From Octopus vulgaris (taxonomy: Eukaryota): a DNA stretch of 64,000 bases. The position numbers and the translations under genes are program-made. Below are positions 54,845 to 64,000 of this stretch, piece by piece. The notes below the pieces were generated by a model. It was given only the letters and a program-made list of their open reading frames with translations, had not been told where the DNA came from and ran no database searches. Where the stretch lies: NCBI GenBank assembly GCA_951406725.2, contig OX597815.1, forward strand, positions 51,522,001 to 51,586,000, in the 5' to 3' direction. Positions within the stretch are counted from its first letter, which is position 1; each line of letters begins with the position of its first letter.

Positions 54845-57270
54845 TCACTGGTGTGACATGAAAATTGACAAAACCAGGACTTTAATTCTTATTCGCATAT
54901 CATACTTTTTTCTTATATGTATATATATGTATATTTTTACTTATATATATTATTTGTATTTAAATCTTTATTTATGTTTTTAAATTTCATATCTTTTCCT
55001 TTCTTATATTTATATATATTATTTATATTTAATTCTTATTTATATTTGCAAATCACATATCGTACATTTTTTTTTTTTTTTTGCGTGAATGAGCTACACA
55101 ACATTGGTCACAGGAGTGGTATTTGATCACTTTATGGAGTGTTTGAGTGTTGGTTTGATGTCTGGAATGGGATAGCTTACCTCATGAGCAGGTAGAAGCT
55201 CTTTAACTTTGGTTGGTAATCTACCAACCTACCTACCTACCTAGATACCTACATACATACATAGCAAAAAGAAGAATGTGGAGACAAATATTGAAATCTG
55301 TCGTAAATTTCCTTTTTTTTTTTTTTGTTTCATAGGGATACAGTTGAGACAGTGTGTCTTGGGAAATTATATACTTAATGGAACCCGTCTCACTCCAAGT
55401 CAATCCACAACCAATTTCTTCAAAAGAGAAAGTAATAGTGAGAGAAAAATAGGAAGACAGAAAGAAGCAGAGTCAACACTGATTACCAGATTATTTAATT
55501 TATTGACTTTGAAAGTGTAAAGAAGAAAAAGTAACAATGACAGAATTTGAACTCAGATGACATAGAGCAAGAACAAATATTGCAATGCATTATATTATAT
55601 TCAATGTCTGAAGTAGTGATCTGGTAGAATAATTTAGCACATGAGACAAAATGCTTGGCAGTATTTCTTATAGATCTTTACCTTCTGAGCCAAAATTGAC
55701 TTGCCATTCATCCTTTCAGAGTAGGTAAAATAAACACCAGTTGAGTACTGGGGTTGATATAAACTAAACTCTTCCCTATAAAATTACTGGCCACGTGCTG
55801 AAATTTGAAACCATTTTATTCAATGTCTAACAAGTCTAGCGATAGTTACCAGAATTAGCAATTTATCCTAATAAGTCACCTGTATCAACAACACTAGCAG
55901 TAACATATTTAGTTTACATAGAGAGTGTATACTTCTAGTATACACTTACAAACATCTTTTTGTATTTCTAAAGTAAAAAATTTTCATCAAAATCTAAAAT
56001 TTTATACACTACTTCCTTATTAAATATTAAATGCTATAATCTGTTTCACTTATAGCAACTAGATCTTTAACAAATAGATTATTCAAATATGTCCACGCTG
56101 TCTATAATAATGACAAACTTTACAACCAGGAGCAATTTTTTGTGACAATTAATAAGCTTGATCTTCTCTACCCTCAGGGTAAACATAGTATAAATATTAT
56201 AAACTAATTTTTCTCTTAATCATGTTTTCATGATTTTTTTAAAAAATTTCCAAGCACCGTTAAGATACATACACACACACACACACACATATTAATATGT
56301 ATGCATGTGTGTGCATATATACACACACAACCACACACATATATAGATATGTATAATTTTAATGAGCTTCAGAGATGTAAAATAGTTGAAGTATCTTCAT
56401 TAACAAATGAGAATTCAAACCAGCCCCTCGGGCAAAATATGTTTAATTTCTTATGAAGCATATTTGAAGCAAAATTATTTCCTTTTCTTTTTAAATGAAT
56501 TTCGCTTATTAAAACACAACCCCTGTAACCTCTACCAAAGTTCATAAAAGATAACATGTCACGTACACCAGCACAAGTTTGTTGTTGTCAAAAGCCTTGA
56601 AATATAAAATACAGGAAAAGCAATAATTTCCTGTGTATAGAAAAGATTTGAACTTACTTAATAATACAACTTCTGTGAAATGGATATGTGAAATATTTAA
56701 ATACTTGCAGTAAATTAGGTTTTAAAACTGAGTAATTACAAGCTTGGTTGCCCAGCAAATGATAGGTATATGGTTCACATCCAGTAGAGACCTTGCTTCT
56801 TGGTTTTTGCTGCATTTGAGATATTAGAACTAAATTTTGGTGTAAACCTGAACCCTTTTGTTACAATATATCTGTTGAATTATACTGCCTTTATTTGAAT
56901 TAATTTTGAAAAACAGCTTTGTTCAAATAAATTCATTAAACTGATGTGTGAGACATAAATTGACATGAAATTTAGATGGAAGTTTTAATTTAGATCACCT
57001 TAAACAGAATATTTACATCCCAGAACCAGAGGCAGGCTACTACGAAATGAGTTAAATGGTTGCTTCTAGAGAATGAAATATATATCTTGGCCTGTTTTAG
57101 AAATGAAAAATAAATCTTATATCAGAATTACTGACAGAATTAAACTTTTTTTCATCCCTTGAAAGAATGTTTTTCTTTTATGCTCATAGCTTTACATGCA
57201 TTTATCCACATTAACAGAATTTAGATGCCTTTCAAATTTCATAATCAGAATTATAAGAACAATTGTATTA

Positions 57271-57867
57271 TAGTTAGTTAGTTAGTTAGTTAATTTTTTG
57301 GCTCAAAAAGCAAAAAGCAAGGCCATGTAGGGGGACATGGAGTTATGTACAGGGTGGTGTTCATGTAAAGAGTTCAGGCCACTTGAGGTCAAGGGAGACT
57401 TTGAACCGAGCGGTCGTCGGCATCTTCACCATCTCGTCTGGCAGCTTATTCCATGGATCCGCAACCCAGACGGAGAAAGCCCCTCTCCTTCGATTGAGAT
57501 GAAATCGTCGCAGATAGAGCTTTTCAGAATGACCCCGCAGCCGACGCTCTGGAGCAGGAGTGAAGAACAGCTCTTTCGAGAGGTTACACTTTCTGCTTAT
57601 GATGTGAGCAAGAATGAGATCTCCACGGCGTCGTCGTTTTTCTAGAGAATAAAGGTCGAGCGTCTTCAGCCTTTCTTCATAAGACAAATTCTTGAGACCA
57701 AGAACCATGCGGGTAGCCAGCTTCTGGACTCTTTCGAGATGCTGTATGTCTTTGAGGAGATAAGGAGAAGAGGCTTGAATCCTGTACTCCAATATGGGTC
57801 TCACCAGTGTGACATAGAGCGGTAGGAATATGGCTGCTGTGAGCATTCCGAATGACCGTCGAATCAT
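57271..57867 (-). mobile_element. CR1-clade LINE 3' end (RT C-terminus, 3' UTR, (TAAC)n tail)
   Basis: LYVTLVRPILEY...LERVQKLATRMV.GL..LSYEERLK.LDLYSLEKRR.RGDLI...RGHS.KL...WNKLP. The frame is still open and CpG-rich, and ends in (GTTA)n on the + strand. Confidence 0.93.
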
Positions 57868-58039
57868 GTTTTTGCTAATGTTGCTACTCAGTCATCTATG
57901 AAATAAAAATAGAACCAAATTTTAAGTATTGCTATCAATGCACAACATTTAGTAGAGTACCAAACAGAATAACATAAAATTGTAACTGTAGCTGACATTT
58001 TATTTTTAAAATATCAATATCTCATTGGACTCTACAAGC

Positions 58040-58430
58040 AAGGTATCATTTAGATTCTGCAGTCAAACTCTTATAGACCCCACCCCCAAAACCCCATTTA
58101 GATCCTGCTGCTAAAACCTCACTAGAACTGCTATCAAAACCTCATCTGAATCTACTGTCAAAGCTTCATTCAATCCTGCTGTCAAAACCTCATTAGAATT
58201 AGTTGCCAAAGCGTCATTAGATCCTACAGTCAGAGCCTCATTAAATCCTGCAGTTAAGGTTTCATTAAAGGCAGCTGTCACATCCTCATTAGACCCTACT
58301 GTCAAAGCCTTGTTTGACCCCGTTGTCAAAACATCATCAGACTTCGTTGCCATGGTCTCGAGAGCCTCATTAGACCCAACAGTCAACATTTAATTAGAAT
58401 TTGCTATCAAGACCTCATTTAACTCAACTC
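58040..58430. repeat. Degenerate 24-bp minisatellite (~15 units)
   Basis: Consensus AAAACCTCATTAGATCCTGCTGTC. It translates as LTAGSNEA/V on - and KTSLDPAV on +. Confidence 0.9.
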
Positions 58431-60388
58431 GACTCCAATTTAAATATTGTTATATTGTATTGTCTTTTTCCATTTTTAAAAGGAAAAAAAAAAGAACATA
58501 ACACATTTAAGTTATTTGTGTTGAGTTTAAAATCATGTATTACTTTAACCTTAAATTTAGTAACATTTATGTAATACTTCTCTTAAATATTATACAATTA
58601 TCAAATTCCAATAAGAGCATTCAGTGAAAGAAACATTAAATTTTTCTTTCTTGCTGTTTACCATCAACTTTTCAATGATTTCAGATATTATGTGGAGTAG
58701 GGGTAGAAGATGCTTCAACAGTCAGTCAATCAGTCAAACTAGGTGAGTCCAGAATTGCAATTAAAGAAATAAAAAAAGTACAAAGTTAGTACCTTTGCTA
58801 ACACAGACCAAAACTAAGATGCTTCGAATTCTGAATTAATCATAACACAAACTAGAGTGAGCAGAGTTTATGTACCATGCTTAGAAACATGTTATGATGA
58901 TGATGACGACAGCAGCAGCGGCGGCGGCGGCAGCAGCAGTAGCAGTAGTAGTAGTAGTAGTAAGATTTGAACTTATATCAGTAATCAGCACTTTCACCTC
59001 CCAGCCATTGTAATATTGTAATATAATTTATATTTCTGATTGAACTTTTAATGAGCACCATCATGGTTTAGTGTCCATCTTGAGACAGAATTTCTCCTAA
59101 AATTCAACATATCTTAACTTCTATGCTGAAAAGTTTAATAACAGTGAATGTGATTACAAAACATTTTTACTAACAGCAAAGCAACAAGCCTGTCAGGATT
59201 TCAAACAACTGAAGTACTCCACTCCAAAGCAGTGTACACATCTCTCTAAATGACTCTTTATATCTGAACATTAAATCAATGATTTTCCCATCAAAACATC
59301 ATAATAAAGTACTATTAACAGATAAGTCAGTGAAATATTATTAAAACCAGACAGTTTATTTGCCAACCATAATACAGGTGAGAAAAAGTATTAGACATTT
59401 GTCGTATTACATATCTATTTTATCAAGATCGCATGAATAATCTTATGAGATGGCATTGTTCTGTGATAGCTTTATCTAGTAACAAGCAAGTAAGGTAAGA
59501 ATAGCCTAGCAGAGAATGAAACTAGATATTTAATTAAACAGCGAAAACTTATTGGACAATTCAGACATTGATCATGTGGAAAGTGGACAATTGGTGAGAC
59601 TTGCTTAATCAAGTGGACACTGGTGACATTTCAATGAGATTTTGGCCAAAATATCAGGTTAACATTTGATTATGATGTTCTTTTTGTGAAAAGAAATGAG
59701 AGGGAATGGGAACCCCAAAAAGTAAAAACAAATATTCAAAATAGAAGAGAAAGAATTGAGAGGATAACAAATTGAAGATGGCAGATGAAGGGGAAAGAGA
59801 GAGAGAGAGATGTAAATATATAAGCAAACAGATAAATGAATAACAGCAATGACCATTAAAACAGTGAAATAAGTCCTTCCATGTAAAAACAATAAACAAC
59901 GGTTTTTCTGACATATTGAAGCTTTTTACATTAGTGAACTAAATAATGAACGCTCAATGTTAAGATGTCCGCTTCAGTTTCAATACAAAACAAAGTGACA
60001 AAAGAGTGCAATGCATGTATGTATGCATACATATGTGTATATATGAATGAATGTACATGCATATCTATGTATTGATGCAAGTATGCATGTATCTATGTGC
60101 AGAGGAATTAATGACTTAAAGCCCAACTGATTACACCTTAAAGACAAGAAACTGTTTTCACTTGACATCTGTCTATTCATTTCTCAATCAACAATACACT
60201 ATGATGAATTGATTAATTGGAAATTACGATTGGAATCCTTTATTAATGATTTAAGGAAAGGTGACTAATAACATTCATTTCTCCTTCATACTTTTTATTT
60301 CTACAACCTTGTTCTCTTTATGTGTGTGTTTATATATATGTGAGTGTATAAACACATACACGAGTCTATATGTATATGTGTGTGTGTG

Positions 60389-60434
<46 letters not shown>

Positions 60435-61781
60435 GTAGGTATCCATATACATGAATAAACAGAAAAAAGAGAAATGTAGATAAATGTACCACTCTCTCCC
60501 TCATGATTTTATACACACAGGAATTCTTAGCTTGAAACATCTATTTTATTCACACTTATTTTACCTGAAGAATTGCTTCTTTTTCCTTTTTTATTCCTCT
60601 CCTAAAGATGCTTTTTATAAAGCCACAATTCTTGACTTTCGTCTTCACTAGATAATCAATACTACATATGTACACACATGTAAACATGTATGTATGCATG
60701 TATGTATTTATATGCACCCATAACTTACCCGTTTCAAGTTGGGCATGTTATCGTTTATATGGTATCAGCTGTTTACATATACACACACACCAGACTGTAT
60801 AAACAGACAGCTGGATATGTATAAGTTTGCTTCCCAAGCACAAAACTGGGTTCAGTCCTTGGAGAAGTGTCTTCTACTATAGCACCAGGCTGACTAAAGC
60901 CTTGTGAGTGGAGTTAGTAGAAAGAAACTGAAAGAAGGTTGTTGTGTGTGTGTGTGTATGTGTTTACCTTTGTGTTTCTGTTTGTCCCCCTTCATCACTT
61001 GACAAACAGTGTTGGTTTGTCGATGTCCCTGTAACCTAGCAATTTGACAAAAAGAGAACAATAGAATAAGTACCAGACATAAAAAAAAGAAAAAGTAGTG
61101 GGGTCAGTTTGTTTGACTAAATCCTTCAATGTGGTGCTCCAGCATGACTACAGCTCAAAGACTGCAACGAGGAAAAAATAAAAATTAAAAGATAAGTTCT
61201 GCCTCATGAAGTCATAGAAACAAACAAGAACTCCTGGTAATTAGCAAGATACTCAAATATCTTAACTTGTATAAGGATTGTCAATCAGCTGCATCAACTC
61301 TTAATTCACCAAGTCAATTAGAAAGCCTCTATGTTGTCATTCAAACTACTAGAAAGAGCAGTCAAATCTCCCTTAAATCATACCTTATTGTCTTAAATAA
61401 AGAACTCATATTAATTAATGTGGTCTAACATAGTTCTAAAAAATAGTGGGATGGTCATGAATGGAATACCTTTGTACATAGGTCTGCTTTAATAAGGCTG
61501 ACCTGGAGCTAAACAACAATTCATTCCTAAGAAAGTCCAGACATTTGGAATTTTGAAAAGCTAAGCCTCTGAGCAACCATTAAATGTAAGAGCAGTTACA
61601 ATATCAAATAGGCACAGGCATGGCTGTGTAGTAAGAAGTTTGCTTCCCAAACACATGGCTCCAAGTCCAGTCCTACTGCATAGCACCTTGAGCAAGTGTC
61701 TTCTACTATAGCCTTGGTCCAACCAAAGCCTTGTGAATTGATTTGGTAGACAGAAACTGAAAGAAGCCCATCATATATATA

Positions 61782-62617
61782 CATGGTCTGATTATTAAGT
61801 ATCCAGACTATTGTCATAGTAATGAAGCTAAAGCATGGAGAGTGAAGCTGATTGACACAGATTAACCTTGAACTCTGCTGTGCATGTACACTAAGTTTTA
61901 ACATTCTAGCTCACTTCTGTTGTTTACAGCAGTGCTTGGAAGGAAGGTGTGTAGCATATGATTGTTGTATTGATCATGACAGAGAAAGTTGAGCAGAGAA
62001 TCAGCACCAAATTTTGCCAAAAGCTTGGTGATACCTGCTCAGAGGCCTATGCAAAGTTTTTATTGCTTTCAACACAATCAAGGTGATCTTGTGCAACTGA
62101 AACCTGAGTGTTGTTTTGGTCAGCTGAAAGCAGTTTTGGCACAAACTTGGCAGACACAAGTCTCATACCCAAATCTTCAGTGATAACGGACTGAACTGAA
62201 CTGTAACTAATCTGCACATCCTCTGATAACTCAAGGATGGTGATTCAATGATTTCCTCTCACAGCTGCACAGTACATTTGTCAATATCAACTTTTTCGGC
62301 CATCTTGGAAACATATGAACCACTTGTACACCTGCGTGCAGCTCATACACTCCTCTCCAAATACTTTCTGCAACTTTGCGCAGGCCTCTGAGTAGATATC
62401 GCCATGACAGTTTTCTCTGTCATGGTCAATGCAACAATTACATGCTACACACCTTCCTTCCAAGCACTGCTGTAAACAGCAGGAGTGAGTTAGAAGATGA
62501 ACACTAAGTGTGCATGCACAGCAGAGTTCAAGGTCAATCTTTGCCAAATTGTTTCACTCTGCATACTTTAGCTTCGTTACTATGGCAACAGTTTGGATAC
62601 TTGTTGATTATGCCTTG
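61782..62617. mobile_element. Mariner-derived element built from two inverted 5' ends (~270-bp inverted arms), inserted at TA inside a SINE
   Basis: 61782-62057 is the near reverse complement of ~62372-62617. Both arms carry the transposase start MTEK; the minus copy continues SEACAKLQKVFGEECMSCTQVYKWF..FQDGRKS. SINE halves lie at 61612-61775 and ~62650-62810. Confidence 0.88.
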
Positions 62618-64000
62618 TATGTATATACATATATTTATGTATGTGTGTGTGTGGGGGGTTCCCCCACCACCGATTGACAACCAGTGATTCAGCAAAAAAA
62701 TACTGAGAGAATAAGTATCAGGCTTAAAAATAAATATTGGGATCAAGTCAGTGCTCCAGCATGGCTGCAGTCTAATGACTAAAACAAGTAAAGGAGTAAA
62801 AGAATAAATCATCCAAAACATATAAGTTCAAACCATATGTCAGACAGCACAAATGTTTCTCATTTGCTTCTGTCTGCATCAATGGAAAACATTTACTAGG
62901 CTTCCATTAGTGTGGAAATTTTATTGATAAGAACAACTGAAAATATAAATTCCCACAGCAAGTCCTATGTAATTATCTGGGTTTGCAGGCACATCTTATC
63001 CTCTTTTACCTGCTTAAGAAGATGAATGTAAAGTGCATATGTTTTTGTAAATTCAAAAGAACAAAGAAAACTAATTTTTTACAAAAGTACTTATTCGAAA
63101 TCAAGAGTTAACAAAGGATATTTTCATACAATGTATACCTGTTGTCTGGGGTTTACTAACAGTAAAAACATGGAAAATTTTGGCAAAGAAGCCAATGAAC
63201 TAGAGTGCGATTCATCATGCTTGTATTTTTCTTAACAAAAACCCAAATCTCATTTATCATTTTGTGGATAACTTACTACAGTTTCACCAAAGTAACTGGT
63301 TTTGTCCCATATTGCTATCATTAATCAAATTTTCTACAGATAACTGACATCTTCATATAGGCATGTATCATCATATTCATAACTGAATACTATTTTCAAA
63401 CATACATACACTTTCATGTGTGTAAGTGCATGTGTATAAATATATGAATATACAGGCATATATACACACAATTATATAATAAAAAAAATACTTAGTAATA
63501 CAACTGCATGTGCAAATATATGAAATACATACACTCACTCCACAAACACATACATTTGTGATAAGCACACATCAACACAATCATACATTAGACACATTTC
63601 TAAATATATAATGCATACAGAAAAAGTAAATGTACACACATATTTACTTACAAATATATATGCATTTGTAATCAAGCACTCACATCTACGCATGCACACA
63701 TTCAGAGGACACAAATCTCAAAATAAATGTGTGTGTGCGCACGTGCGTTAGAGAGAGAGGGGGGAAGAGAGAGAGAGAAAATACGTATATACAAAATCTA
63801 ATAATAAATAATAAATAAAAAGTGTTTGTCAGTGATTTTTTTTCTTTACATCTCAGGAATCTTCTCTTCAATTACCCTTGTATGAAGTTTAACATTTCCT
63901 GCCCTCACATGCAGTTTACCCTGTCATCTCAGTTATCTTCCCATCTTAAATTTGGTCTCTCCTCATCATAACTAAATATCCTAGGAAATCAAAGACCCAG

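Noticed and set aside
55345-55366. TGAGACAGTGTGTC resembles the 5' part of lophotrochozoan miR-1994 (from memory)
   Set aside because: The 3' part diverges and there is no complementary arm forming a pre-miRNA hairpin.

Overview
This is AT-rich eukaryotic (animal) DNA, not prokaryotic. The SINE families, TA/CA/GATA microsatellite load and transposon spectrum point to an octopod cephalopod; this is inferred from recall, not from a database match. I cannot support any intact host protein-coding gene, tRNA, rRNA or CRISPR array, and most ORF-track entries are translated microsatellites. The window is intronic or intergenic and is a mosaic of decayed mobile elements: tRNA-derived SINEs, RTE and CR1 LINE fragments, Penelope-like RT and GIY-YIG fragments, mariner and DD37D transposase remnants, a Helitron 3' end, and piggyBac-, hAT-, pogo- and 8-bp-TSD MITEs, often nested. 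The main unannotated signal is a set of type I hammerhead ribozyme motifs (CUGANGA...GAAAC...GUH) in about five different sequence families. One has a fully intact core (13299-13386) and one lies downstream of a Penelope GIY-YIG ORF. Most are flanked by (TA)n tracts, and some are folded into long palindromes. Coordinates of decayed repeats are approximate.
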